Assembly (NCBI GenBank): GCA_011109175.1
Contig: RDEW01000002.1
Span: 686,676 to 750,675 of the forward strand
DNA from: Dicyema japonicum
Taxonomy: Eukaryota; Animalia; Dicyemida
Direction of reading: 5' to 3'
DNA length: 64,000 nt
Position 1 is the stretch's first letter; each line of letters starts with the position of its first letter. A model generated the notes under the pieces. That model was not told the DNA's origin. It saw nothing but the letters and a program-made list of their open reading frames with translations, and made no database searches. Positions 38,290 through 51,566 of this stretch are shown here, one piece after another. A program made the position numbers and the translations under genes.

Positions 38290-38930
38290 ATTAGGGCGGA
38301 AATACTAGGACATTTTTTAGGACATTTTAAAAAAATGTAAAATTAGGACATCCCAAGACAAAAATAAGACAATTTTATTATTTTTCAAATTATTTAGTAT
38401 TTTCGACTTTAATTGTAAGCAAAATATCGCAAATTTTTATCTGGACTTTAGATTATTCTAAAAAATATTAATCTAAGAAATCATTTTACGACAACTTATA
38501 TTTAAATTTCTATCTTTAGGCATTTGATTTTTTTCAAACAGAAGAATGATTGTTCCACTGCCATTGAAGCAGCTGGACATTTTAGAAGGTTGTAATATGC
38601 CATCGGATTTATTGATTTGTTAGTAATTTTAGGAACATCCATTAAATCATTCTTCTTATACCTTTCAATAAAATAATTTTCAATATCCCCCTTTACAGAA
38701 ATAGAACTGATATTTCAAAATCTGCATAACTTTCTTAGATTGAATACCGTGAGTTTTACAATTTTTCCAAATTATATTTTAGCCATTATATTTAGTATTT
38801 TCAGAGTTCATGAAACAAAATTTCATTAATAAATCTCCTTTAGGTGTTTTGTAAATATGTATTAGTTTTTGGAAATTGTTTTTGAAATTCGTTCCTTATT
38901 TTTGCTTCTGAGTTATAATAGTTTTAATTA
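38290..38930 (-). mobile_element. hAT transposon remnant (dimerization domain and end)
   Basis: Minus-strand PAASMAVEQSFFCLKKIK; repeated TAGGACAT subterminal motifs at 38305-38350. Confidence 0.6.
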
Positions 38931-38939
38931 TTGAGAAAA

Positions 38940-39230
38940 TACAAACCTGGTCTCCATAACATTCAACGGTGCCGCCAAACCGGCATTTGTGAGCAATCTT
39001 CAGTCCAAGTCCGGTCGAGATGCCGATGGGGACAGTGTCGTCGTCAAGGTGGTCTCGACACTACCAACGGGGAGTGCATTGATCCAAGAGCCACTATATT
39101 CCATATTCCAGTGAATAGACAGGCATGTCTGTGTTGCCTCTCATATTTATCTTCGCAGATAGTCCTGTATGGTCTTTCTGCTCAAGCATCATCTCTTTCA
39201 AATGCTCCATATCTGTGATTTCAGATGATT
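38940..39230 (-). mobile_element. CRE-like retrotransposon fragment
   Basis: GSWINALPVG..LDDDTVPIGISTGLGLKIAHKCRFGGTVE, homologous to the Zn region of 19100-20270. Confidence 0.65.
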
Positions 39231-39324
39231 CTGTTTGGATTTTGTGCAAATAATAATAGTTATTAATTTTTTCAAAATTCAATTTAACTTTCACAATGGT
39301 CCTAGTTGGTCAAAAATTATTTAC

Positions 39325-39380
39325 CTTCCCTCCGATGGCGTCATCGGATCCACTTTACTGAACAGACGCCCAATGCAATA
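39325..39380 (+). repeat. Family B core only (copy 4)
   Basis: GATGGCGTCATCGGATCCACTTTACTGAACAGACGCCCAATG. Confidence 0.65.
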
Positions 39381-39954
39381 CTACTCCAAAGAAAAGAAAA
39401 TATTGTACATTCTGCGTATAGATGTGAATCACGTATTCTTTTGAAATACTTTTCTATTTGCTTTTTTTAAAAACACTCGCAGCAGAAAGTATGAGGCCAT
39501 GCAAATTGGAAACATCTTCATTAGTGCATAATGAGCTACGAGTAGCACTCTCCTCAATGAAACCGAGATTTCAAAACATTGTGTCAAGAATGATAAAAAT
39601 TATCTCACTAACTTTTTGTGTTAAAAATTGTTTCTGCAGAAAATAATATTTGTATTATATCATGGAGACACAAGATTGTATTTTTTTATAACGGAGGCTT
39701 GCAAAAAAAAAGTTTGGAAACCTCTGATCTAGATGTTGAACTTATTACGATTCTGATTGTTTAAAATTTTTCTCCATTTGTCCCCCTATACTGTCACTCC
39801 TAATAAGTTGGTGGAGGAGGTTTTTGAGTTCAATGAATCTCTTAATCAAATGAGAAGAGTTAGTCCTATACGTGGACTTTGGGGTAGATTGATATCTAGT
39901 TTACAATTTCTTTGGCAACAATTTGGATTTAAATTAACTTAATTATAATAGTGG

Positions 39955-40110
39955 TTCCCTGCGTCTGTGAAGTTTGAATTCTTGAGTCGTCTGGGGAATC
40001 TGACTTCTGCACGATCATGAGATCCTCGTGAGCGCAGTTGGTTATTTGACCGAATCTCGTTTGCCATCCTGAGAGGGAGTAGCCATTCAGCCAGGGTGAC
40101 TACTGTATGA
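39955..40110 (+). mobile_element. CRE-like 3' terminal fragment
   Basis: EFLSRLG..DPRERSWLFDRISFAILRGS. Confidence 0.65.
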
Positions 40111-40249
40111 CAATATGTTCCCTTGTTTGTAATTAATAAATATTAACAATATGGAAAAAAATATAGATATAGTCAAGTAAATCGAGATGCAGTTGATATA
40201 TTAAACTTTTTTAGGGACCAAAATATATATGTTTGTCCGATATTTTCAC

Positions 40250-40420
40250 CTACTGAAATATTAAATTATGAAATTGTGGAAAGTTCTTTTAATACCGAAA
40301 GATTTCTAATTTTTATTGAAAATTGTATGACTAAAATTTTGAAACAATCCAAATAATAGATAATGTCAGATTTCATCATTCAAAATTGATTAAACATTAT
40401 TATAGTTTTTTACATTAAAA
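40250..40420 (+). mobile_element. IS630/Tc1 DDE_3 transposase fragment
   Basis: YEIVESSFNTERFLIFIEN..DNVRFHHS. Confidence 0.55.
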
Positions 40421-40999
40421 TGGTAGTCCATCGTTTTTATTTTTATTTAAAAAAAATTCTATTTATTTATGGTTTCTTTATATTTACTTATTATTATAAC
40501 TTTCCATTAATTTATGATAACAATTCATTTACTTTGGGAAACCCTGTAAGAAATAATAGAATTGTACAATTTATTGCGAAATGGATAGCAACAACATAAA
40601 TAACCGCAATTTAACTGTATGCTAGAATCGTTGATTTTTAGTTTACAGAAATATCTGAGAATATCAATATAGAAAATATTTATATGATTACAAATATTTC
40701 ATATGAGGACCACCAGGATAATACTATTCAATCAGTAAATGTTATCGAATCTGTTAACAGCGAAAGTGATTCTATAGAAATTATGGACATTAGTCCAAAT
40801 CGCTCAAATTCTGTAACTCTATGAGATATTATAGATAATCCTAAACCTGTAGAGGCGGGGATCAATGCTTCTGAAAAATGCGATAATTTGGAATTTGCTG
40901 ACGAATTAGACTCTTTCCACGTATCTAGTGATGTGGAAATCACTGATACACATGACAGTACATCTGAAAGTTTCCAATAGATAATAAAGATTTATTTGT

Positions 41000-41520
41000 T
41001 GCAAATATTTATTATATACATTTGTCCGACATACGACCGATCCTGAAACCTGGCTTGCCAAAGGATTTCCCCAAACAATCGCGCCTGCCGTTGAGTATGC
41101 ATCCGTTGCATGGAGATTTTCGCAATCGGACTCTATGGTCCAAAGAATCAACTCAATACACCAGAAAACAATCAGTATGCTTTGCCCACGTAATGGATCA
41201 ACAGTCGACCCACTACTCATGGAAGCTAAGATCCGTAGTCGTGGCTCCGGATTTCTTCGCGTCTGTGAGGAAGATGGAAATCCGCTTCGCCTGATACTTT
41301 CCACGGCAAGAGAAAACAGATTGGATAAGAAATTCCCCTCCCCGATCGGATTCTTCTGCAAGACCAAGAGAAGGCTCTTCCGGAAAGTAGTGGGGACGAT
41401 GGAGATCACAGACGCCGAATGGCACAATTGATTGCGAGGACTGGGATCACTAACTGTTTGACTCTCTTGTCTTTCTTTCTCGGTTTCCGGGGTTATTAAA
41501 ATAAAATAAATAAATAAAAT
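41000..41520 (+). mobile_element. 5'-truncated LINE 3' end
   Basis: Homologous to 3675-4130; ends CTCGGTTTCCGGGGTTATTAAAATAAAATAAATAAATAAAA. Confidence 0.85.
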
Positions 41521-42959
41521 TTCCCCAGTCTCTTGCAGACCCATATGCCTCATATTGGTGGAGTGACGGGGGTATTATCCGTTCGACATCGTAAAAGGTG
41601 TATAATCTTCTCAAATAAGGAGTTGATTTGGCCAACTTATCCAATTATATTCGAAAGTTCGAGTTTTTTGAAGTCTTCTGAGTCTATCGAAAAGAGGTTA
41701 TATTTACTTTGAGAAGAAAAAGCATGTGATAGTGAAACTGAGCTACGTCATCAAATCTATTGTTTAAGTATTATTATATAACAATAACAATTTATTGCGT
41801 AACAAGACAATCAAAAATGATCCAGCTTATAGTATAGAATGGCTGTTTCCGCTGACAACAATTTTTGTTTTGGCTTCCATTTCAGTAAACAGGTTATTAG
41901 ATTTTTCCTGTTTTACACATTCTGGTGAATAAACAATAAATAAAACATGGATTCGCATAGGACCTGAGCAACAAATTAGGGAATAGTTATATAAAAAAGC
42001 TATTCTATAAATTCAGTACATTCTAATTCAAATTTTATAATTCAAAACAATTCGAGATGTTTTAAATTCTCATTAAAATCTCAAAATTGATATTATTTAT
42101 TATCGATGCCGCCCCTTTTTGTGATAATTACATCTGGAGGTAGTTTAATCTCATCAAACACAGGTCTGCGTTTTATGATTTCGATAGAGAAATTTTCATT
42201 TTTCATATTAAGTCGTAGCTGTGGGATATTTTGACATTATTTTCAATAAACAAAATAGAAGTTACTTAGAAGGAGCATTCTATTATATCGAAAATCTCGA
42301 TGCAATAAGAGACATAGTAAACAATTTTTGGGATTATTGTTGCAAATGTATTGTTACGTAATAAATTGTTTTAATATTTAACAAAAATGTCAGAATCTTA
42401 AGATCATAGCTATTGGGTCAAGTGTGTCTGACAGGAAAAATGCAATAATAAATATTGCAAAATCCTGGGGCTTTCACATGGGCACTACAAGAATATATTT
42501 GTCTCGAACATGGTGTCAATAATGAGTTTAACTAGTGAATTCCTTGATTAAGTGATGAAAAAAAATATTGATTAAAAAGATCCACTGCTGCACAACTGAC
42601 TCAAAAAGAGGGTCCAGACACAATCCGTGGCAAGAACATAAGATTGAGTTGGCCATGGTACGGCAGCTAGCGAAGGACGACCGGTCGTATGGATTGACCA
42701 ATTCGACAGGAGACTTGAAACCTATTCCTCCGAACCTTATCGGTAGCTTTCCTTGGATTCATGCCAGTGCAGTCGAATCAGATATTAAGGATTTCTTCAG
42801 TCTTATGAATGATGAGATCCTCCAAAATTTGAAAAATTCAGACTCATGGAAAGAATTCTATTTCAAACGTACGGTCACGCCTGAAAGGAACTGAATGTAT
42901 TGGAAATATATAGCTTCACAAGTAATTTGCATTCTCTGAGATTACAAGAAGCAAAAAAG

Positions 42960-43560
42960 CGTTTTTAATGAATGGCGGCCTCACATTTACGAGGGACACC
43001 AACGCCCAGTTGTGTTTGAGACATCTCCTCACTCAGTCGGTTACATGCAAGTATCACTGAAATCTTTGATGCAGAACGTTTTAACATATTCTCCTCGGCA
43101 ATTAAACGAATGCCACCGTCCGGTTTGTCAAATGCGGGGAAAAGAGCATTGAATAAGTGGTTTCTCGCGAAAGGCCATATAGTAGGCGATTCAAACACGT
43201 GTCCGTACAATGGATGTTATGCAATCGATGACATTGGGGACCGGTTTATTAAAATAAGACCACCAGAGAAAAACAGTAAATTTCTGCCAATGGCGTCAAA
43301 TTGAAAGGCCGCGGGTATGATCGTTCTACACTATCACAAAGTTGAGACGGAATAGGGGCCAATAGTGTTATTTGAATCAGCTAATCTGAGGATGGCACAG
43401 ATATCCCCTTCGATGAGTTTTCGTTCTATTCTTCTCTGGAAATAATTTTAAGTGAAATTTTCCTCCCTCCAAATTATCAACTGTCTATCTTAATCACAGC
43501 TAGTTAAAAGCAGACCATCATTGGATGTGACCACGAAACCTTAAAAAACAGGTCCTTGAT
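42960..43560 (-). mobile_element. CRE-like RT N-terminal fragment
   Basis: KPDGGIRLIA..KRSASK..QLGVGVPRKCEAAIH. Confidence 0.75.
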
Positions 43561-43646
43561 GACTATTTTTCAATATTTTAAGTTAACGTTTTCAAAACTG
43601 CGCTCAAAGGCGACTCTTTTCTTTCCATGTTAAATATTTTAATTGA

Positions 43647-43885
43647 GCTGCCACGTGGCGCCATGTGGTGCTGCTTGGCTAATTGATTGAAGTTTTCTTT
43701 TTGTTTGTCTGTTCCTCCTCTCTCTTTTTATTAAAGTGGCGTCATGTGATCCACCTGTCTAGGTGGCGCCCAGTGCCTGGCTGGTGCTCTCCCCCACTCC
43801 ACTGGAGGGGAAATGGAAACTGGATACACTCAGTTTTTTTACTTTAATTTCTTTCTCGGTGTATCCGGGTCAATAAATAAATTAA
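43647..43885 (+). mobile_element. SINE family A copy 4 (internal deletions)
   Basis: Same head, core and tail as the other copies; lacks ACGAAAAGGATCATT and part of the body. Confidence 0.85.
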
Positions 43886-43951
43886 TTAAAAATAATATAA
43901 TTTATTTTTAAACTTATCAATAAAATTTCCCGTTAAAATATTTTTGTTCAT

Positions 43952-44726
43952 ATGGTTGTAGAAAGTGACGATTTAGTTGACCTGACAAATGACTTGGAAT
44001 CTCTCTTTTTAGTAATTTAGTTTAATTTTAACAGGACTACAATTGTCAAATGGACATTAAAGCTAGCTTAACGGAGGAAAATAATAAATTAAATGATGAT
44101 TTATCAAAGTTGTCTCATTTAAACAGATCACTTCATAATCGTTTAATCTTATTGAATTTTTTTTAGAACTTGATTCTTTATGTAAATTAAATGATGAAAA
44201 AATAGCCTCTTTGAATGTTTTTCAAGGTCTTGCTTAAATTTTGATTTTTTGTAGAAAAATATGACAACTTAAATAACAGATGTAGCAATTTAAACAAAGA
44301 AAATGAAATTATCTTACAGAAATATATTAATTCAGGAAATCTCCACAATTCTGATTTACTTTTGGCAAAAAACAACCTGAAACAAATTCGTTTGCTGAAA
44401 TGTTTAAATAATATAGATGAGAAAAAAATACAACTCATGAAAAATAAAAATCAAATGGAGTCACAGTTACTTGTGATGAAAGAATCTGTATTTAATCTTT
44501 AACTTGTTAATAGTATAAAACTCAATTTCATGATTATGAAGAAAAAATAAAGATACACCAGCAACAAATTATTGATCAGGAAACTTTTCAGAGAAGGATT
44601 AACCAACTCGAAGAAAATAATGATACAACTATCAAAGATTTACAAAAAAAATTAAAAAACTTGAGGTTAAGCGAAAACGTGTTAAAACAACTCGTTAGTT
44701 TCTATAGAACTGTTTTTAGTTTATAG
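43952..44726 (+). CDS. Uncharacterised coiled-coil protein, 5-exon model, 223 aa
   Basis: Introns 44012-44034, 44141-44166, 44227-44254, 44488-44513 (23/26/28/26 nt, GT-AG) give an open 672-nt ATG-TAG frame rich in E/K/N/Q/L with heptad-like pattern. Confidence 0.65.
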
Positions 44727-45189
44727 TGAATAAATTTTTGTTGTCATAAAATATAAGTTAGGTAATGTCTAACTCGTGAACATTCTGGGTTCCCTCAAAA
44801 CTTGGATGAACTTAATCTGAAATGGCATCCCTTTAAATGCAGATGATTAGCTAAACTAAGTCTTGTAATACCCGGAGATTTGTCACTAGAAAATGTGATG
44901 GGTGTTTTAGTCGCTAAATTTTCGCCCAACACCCCTTAATCTAAGATAATATTTTTTTCGCGTAGACGAAAATTAAGCTTGTCATTTCTCAAAATAGTCA
45001 ATATGCTTTTTGACTAGACAGATCTGAGATTTAAGGACTTTTTAGTAAAATTCTACATTATAATTCTTCCTTGTGTTATTAATAGAGGTAAGTGACTAGT
45101 CTAGCAATTTAAAAGACACATTAATTTTTTTATCCCTTTGGCCTTAATAGTAGCAATTTTAAGACTATGGTTTAACTCTGAAGGGTTTG

Positions 45190-45520
45190 CTTACGACCGT
45201 TATTAACCACAACCTCGTTTCCTTGTAAAAGGCCGGCCGTCCCTAGCCGTTTAGACGCAAGTGCCAGATACTTCCACAAGTCTCTGATGTTCACAGGAAA
45301 TCCCGGGAAGAGTAAGCTCCTTGTAGAATCAATGATAATAGGTCCGGAGGATGAAGTCGAGAGCCAGATTCGTCTCTAAAGAGGAAGTATCTAGAACATA
45401 ATTGTGTCAAGATCTTCTTGTTTCTCTATCTAGGGTAGTATCAGAGTCATCCACAATGAGAGAAGGCCATCCAACAGATCGTTCTAAACCAGTATCCGGA
45501 TGGCTTTGGTAGAAGGGATT
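45190..45520 (-). mobile_element. LINE C-terminal fragment (same family as 32140-32750)
   Basis: Nucleotide similarity, e.g. TAGAATCAAT.ATAAT, GAGGAAGT.TC.AGA.CATA, GTCATCCAC, CGGATGGCTTTG. Confidence 0.55.
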
Positions 45521-45849
45521 ATTTTAATTTCGAGAACATCTATTTTTCTTAAATATGGTGTAGGATTTGTAGATAATAATAATTTTATAGTAAAATTCAA
45601 CTATCACACTTGTACATTTTATTACTAACAATTTATCAGTCACGTGTCATTATATTTTGAAAGTTTTTCCTACATTCATACATAAAGCGAGCGATTCAAA
45701 ATAGCTCTCCAAAGGTCGTCAAAAGGAAACTCACACGTCTACGGTGTGGATATAGTCCAACTCTGGGTTCGAGATCTTTTACCTTGCCTCCGATGGCTGG
45801 AATCGGCTTGGAAACTGAACAACTCATAAACAACTTGCCCATCTAAGCA

Positions 45850-47030
45850 TCCAATGCATTTCCGTCAGCTGTGAAAGCCAAGATATTGAAAATAAATGAG
45901 TATACTATCTTATCCGACAGAGTATTGTTTCCTTCTCTCGCTGTGGTGACTTCCTCTGTCATCGGATCCTTGATGTTGGAATTTCTGGATCGACAAATAA
46001 ACAAAATTTTGACAGGAAAACTCTTTTTTTATGAAAGGGCTGAAAATATCTGTTTTGGAACGTCACACGTGTCGATGGTATCTATCCTTCTAACTTAGAG
46101 TTAACAACACTTACCTATGATAATGAGGACCAGAACTCTTAAAAAAAAAAGATACCCCTGTTACAGTTAATCTTAAAGTCCGAATCAGTCAAAACCTCGG
46201 AGATTCTTGAATCAAACATGCTATTCTTACGTGCAACCGGATGATCGATAACAAAACAGGTGACGGTTGATTGAACACATTTTGACGTTCACGAGTGTTG
46301 CTGCCACCAGCAACTTGACAAAGCAAGGGTAGGTGACCTTCTGTGTGAGGGAAGAAGACGCTGGATTTTAGTAGTCAATTGATATTTTCATTTCTTGATG
46401 AGGAAACACATATCTTCAAGCGGAAGAAACTTATTCGATTATCGGTGATTTGATGATAAAAACTACTGATGCATGTCACATGAGAGAGAGGGCTTATCTG
46501 CGCAATAGCTTTCAAAAATTTTCACTTTTGGAATTCTCTGGACCTGACTTCCTTACCGTTACGAGTAAACGTCTGTCACATGTGACCTCGAAACAGAGTT
46601 GAAGGCATTTTGCTTGCCGATTTCTAATGGATGAGGTCTCTATTGCTCAGCTTGTATGGAACTAGATATTCGAAAGTAACTATTTTGTCTTTCTCCTTTG
46701 TCAGGTACTTAATTCATTTCAAAATTTTTACGGATGGCTAATCAGAGTACTATTCCAAAGCTATTCCAAAGTCGAAAAATGGTCCTGGACCTATCAAAGA
46801 CGTCTTTGATCACCAAAAAATCAAGGTACAGCCAAATAGTCAAGGAACTCATCATCGATCCAAGTAACTTCAGACATTAAGGTTCGACTCTGCTTTAAAG
46901 TTTTTTTTTTCTCATCAGTCACACATTCCTCTAGTATAATTCGAAGAAAATCATAATTGTGCTCCTCTTGTTTTCAGATGTGTTAATAATCCTATTTAGA
47001 TTCCAAACTGCCATCATTTATTGATAAAGA
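45850..47030 (-). mobile_element. Decayed LINE APE-to-RT fragment
   Basis: AVWNLNRIINT (APE start), EGHLPLLCQV (APE end), DPMTEEV (RT linker). Confidence 0.5.
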
Positions 47031-47959
47031 GGTTCAAATCCTTTTATCTTTATCCCCATATATTCCATCTTGCTTATATTTGATATGAGAATGTTGTCCT
47101 TATTTCGTAGTCAAGTACATGGTGGTGAGAAGGTCGCCTTAAAGATGTTGAAAAGAGTGGGAATTACGACTAAGCCCAATGGAGCCCCCTTTTCGTTTAG
47201 GTTCATATCCATAACTTACATTTTACAGCTAAAGACAACTTCAATTTTCTAATTTTGAACGATATTTAGGTTCTTGTCGAGTTCTAACTTGACAGAGGAA
47301 TTCGAATGCAGACATTAATGCATTTAATGCTTTTTATTCCGGACTTTTGATGGTCCTTACCATGCATTAAGGATCTAATCGCATTCCAGTCGATTCCGTT
47401 GAAACGTCTGCCACTTCCTCAAATATACCATTATAGCACACCTATCAATGTTGTTATGGATTACCTTAATCCATATAACGCTTTAGTTAGCCAGGTGGTT
47501 AACTGGACGGAAAGTTAATATGGTATGAGGCTCTATACACTTAATGTCTTTATCTCCCATTGTAGATATACTTTTTAGTAACCCCTTTTAATGGACTTTG
47601 CAGACATCAGAAACATTAGATTGAATAATGTTATTGACATCAGATACGAGAACCTTTAAGCGGTTTCGCGGAAATACAAAACCGTGAATGGATGAATCTA
47701 TATTAAGAAAATTGGTGATTGATTCCTATTGTGCACCACAAGCCTATGCCATTAGTCTTGATCTATAAATCTTTAATTTTAAATTTGCCTGTGGTATTCC
47801 TTGTGTCACCACAACTGAGAAACCAAGAACCACGTGGGACGTCAAAAGCGATTATTCTCACAGAACTTATTATAAAATTGAAACCGGATATTGTCAAAGA
47901 TAATTTCTTGAAATACAATATATCTTACATGGACTGGGATCATTATCTCTATCGAAGAT

Positions 47960-48350
47960 CTCACAGACACATGGCCTCTGTCGAAGTCGTTACGCGAGCT
48001 TTGGATGCTGCAAAAACCCGTTATGCTCGAACAGTATGTCTTTGCAGACGTGACTGGAAACAACGACTTTAAGGTATGACCATCTTTCCCTTTGAAGCGG
48101 GCAACCTATTTGTTGGACGTCACCTGCACCTCATATCTATATTAAAGTTTTTCAGGAGCCTTTTCTGGTCATGTTTTTTGTTCCTCTAGCTGTTGACTGA
48201 CTGGTTTCATTGCGTCTGCGATGCTGGAAATCTAGAGTCGTCTAGAGAATCGGATTTCTGCACGAATATGAGATCCTCGTGAGCGATGCAGGTTATTTAT
48301 CAAATCTCGTTCTTCATCCTGAGGCGAAATAGCAACGCAGTCAGATTATT
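47960..48350 (+). mobile_element. CRE-like RLE fragment
   Basis: ALDAAKT..GMTIFPFEAG and, downstream, DPRER. Confidence 0.6.
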
Positions 48351-48949
48351 AATTTTCGAATGCTATCGAGTTGGTACTAGTGATGTTTCAGGATACAACA
48401 CGTGTCATCCTCAATTATTTGCTACATCCTAATTTAAAAAGCTCAAACTTAACACTCCAGGTATCCAATAATGAATGGATAATACGAAAAATGATTATGA
48501 AACCCAAAATTTTATTTATTTATTTTATTAATTCCGAAATTACGAGAAAGTGGATAAAAGTTATCGTCTAATAAAGTGATCCCGTGTCCATACCACTCCT
48601 TTTCCTACGGTTAGTTTTGGAGTCCTGGATTAATCTCCACAGCGGGGAAAGTTTCTTCTCATATCTCGGGCAGGCGTCCATATATGAAACCCAAAATAGA
48701 AACAATGAGGAAAAAAATTGTCAGAGGAATTAAAAATAGATATTGTATGTTATGTCAATGCTCTTCTCTCGATCCTAAACAAACTCATTGTAGTCGAGTT
48801 GTCTCTTGATCACGTTGCATCAGACCTCCTCTATTATTTTTTTCTGAGTAGGATCTCCAAAGGTGTCAGAATTCTGTTCTTCATGTTGATAATATACTTG
48901 TTTGTCACTACAAGAGCCCTCTTTATGTAGCCGCATTTTCTGAGCATTA

Positions 48950-49620
48950 GTCATAGAGATCTAAGATCACCAATGTTTTGATCTCTTGATGATAAAACAA
49001 TGTTGTCTGCATAAACCAATAGAAGATCGTTTTCTCCACTCTGTATCAGAATCTCAGCCATGAATAAGTTGTTGGAATCGAATTGTGGTTGATAGACTTT
49101 AATAAGTTTAGCAATTAGATTACTATCCAGATTATTCAGGAGTATACTTGGAATTCCATTGTGACTAGGTAGATGTGTTAAACAAATTTGAAACAAAATC
49201 TCCTTCACTTCTTTTTAAGAAATGTAAGATGACGATGGATCCCTTTTTGATTTTATAATAAGTGGATGTACGTCCATCTTTTTATAGTTTTTATGTGAGA
49301 TGTTGCATATTATTTTTTCGAGGCATTTAGGTCCTTTGGCTGTAGTTGTCGTCTTCAGTGACTTTTTATCTGCCCTCGATACGTTACGAATTATTTTCCA
49401 GACTTGGCTGTCAACGGATTGCGGTTTAGAGTTGAAATAACACGTGTCCGTTTTGTTATTTGTATTTTGAATTGTTGTGACAAAATAAAATCCAAAACTA
49501 CGCATATCCGATGTCTCCATCTACACGGAAGATAAAGACATTGATGCTATGTACATCATACAAACCATTTTATCAACTAACAACTTCGTACCTGGTTTTT
49601 TAGATTTCAGTCTATAATTT
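48950..49620 (-). mobile_element. LINE RT fragments
   Basis: LLVYADNIVLSSRD; NISHKNY resembles AISHKNF of the 620-2668 element. Confidence 0.55.
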
Positions 49621-49789
49621 GGATTTTAACACTTTTTCATTACTATCAGAAACATCACGTGAGTATAATGCCTCCTATGTATTGAAATATATGAAATTGA
49701 GATCCAAAAATTTTAAACGTGGTAGAATAAACAAACTGAGACTACGATAAAGACATAGGCATTATTAGAGGTGTCAAACACTCAATTAT

Positions 49790-50010
49790 TATTATCATTA
49801 ACCCCAGGCTTACCATTGTAAGCCCAGCACAAACAGTCATAACTAACTAATCCAAAGAAAGAACCAAAGGAAGAGCATCTGCTTGTGTCGACCAAATCCA
49901 TCTTCCAATAATTCATTACAGGCTTCCGCTTCAGAAGAGAGGTGGGGAAGTATGTCCGCACTCTTCCATTTTTGTCCCAGGTCCAACCGTCGCGGACATC
50001 ACTTCATTCT
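49790..50010 (-). repeat. Interspersed repeat family D
   Basis: Matches 14295-14430; 3' end AAGCCTGGGGTTAATGATAATAAT. Confidence 0.75.
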
Positions 50011-50099
50011 TTAGTGGAATAGTTTTTATAATGCAATCTTCATTAGAGGATATGGTCAACAAAAAATATAGTTAGATTTATTAATTAAAGTCAAATTTT

Positions 50100-50700
50100 G
50101 ACTAAGTGGATTCATGCTTTGCCACGACTATATGTGGAGGCATAACGAGGTAGTAAGGAGTCTTCATCATCTACTATGAAATAAGTACGTTATTCGCCAC
50201 ACCAGAAAGTTGCGGACTCATAAGGTGCAATCTGTAGTTGAGAACACCAAGGTCCAAGTCATGGTAAACAGTGTTATCCGTATCTCGGTGCAAGTCAAGC
50301 ACAATACACCGGACATTGTAATATACGATAAGGAGTCTGGTTTATTTGATTTCATAGCAGTTTTCATTACGTCTCAAGACCGTTTGCAGACTGTGGAGGT
50401 GGAGAAAAAAAGGAAGTATGACTAGCTTGCAAACGAGATGGGGCAGATGCTTGTTGCAAGGTCCTCGTTATTCCTATAGTAATGACATGGGAAGGAATTG
50501 CAACAAAGTACCACAAGGGTTATCTGAAGCAGTTGGGGGTAGATAGGAAGCTCCAGGACTATCTACAGTCCACTGTATTAAAGCGGACCTTAGAGAGCCT
50601 GACACTGGAGTATAGAAGGCAGAGCCCTGAGATGCCATATGGGCAGAGGGTTCAATTGGACAAGGCGCTCTAGGAGTTATTTCAGCAATCAGAATACCCT
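50100..50700 (+). mobile_element. R4/Dong-like RLE endonuclease C-terminal fragment
   Basis: RHNEVVR..HNTPDIVIYDK..TSQDRLQTVEVEKKRKYD*LANE..IPIVMTWEG. Confidence 0.75.
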
Positions 50701-51566
50701 GCCTGAGGAAACTGGCAAACAGGCAGGCGAGGAAGGTTGTTGATTATTAAATATTAACTTTTTATTGTTGGTCAAATAAAATGGGTTTAATATTTTTAAA
50801 ATTGTTTTACAATATGGCGAACCTTTAAATACATTTGTATATTATTTGGCATGCGTCTGCAAAGTGTTCGTGGTTAGTTGTTTTTTATATTCTTTGTAGT
50901 TTCTGTTGTATTGTCATAATTTTCTTCAATATTAGCTAATTGGATTCATCAAATAGTGTTGAAGGCTGTTATCAAAATGTCTAATATATATTTACATTTC
51001 GGTAACCGATAAATATGGATTATTCTTCACTATTTGTTTTGTCTCCATTTATGTTCTCTTGGCTATATTTTTTTCCAGGCTATTTTTATTCCACATTGTT
51101 ATTTCGTCTGCATCGTGTCAAGATTATTTTTAGGAATATTATCCAAGGATTTTACGTAATCAGTGATCTGTTTTATTCATTATTCCACAACAATTCTTAT
51201 CAGAAAAGTCCTTCGGATAAAAGTGAGCTAATTGTCTTTTTGGTGGAAACTTTCACTAGTCGCTTATATAAATGTGAACACATGACCTCGAATTCAACAT
51301 CTTCTAAATGATCACAAAATTCAATAGTTTATTATTATTATTAAATTTTAGTCAAGTGTATCCAACACAGAAATAAATTGTTAGATTCCTATTTGCAAAC
51401 TTTCAAAAGAAATTTCATCTAATTCGAATGTTCATTTCACGTTTGTATAAAATATAAAAAATATCTCGTTTTTCAAATTCCTTGAGACATTGATCATTAC
51501 AAGGAAATTATGTTTCGGGAGATTTATTTTCATGGATGGAACTCCTTCAGTTATTAAAATAATTTA

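Noticed and set aside
45955-45975. GTCATCGGATCC resembling the family B core
   Set aside because: Lies in LINE coding sequence (DPMTEEV on the minus strand) and has no P1 partner; chance match. The GGATCCACCT at ~33717 is similarly too short to call.
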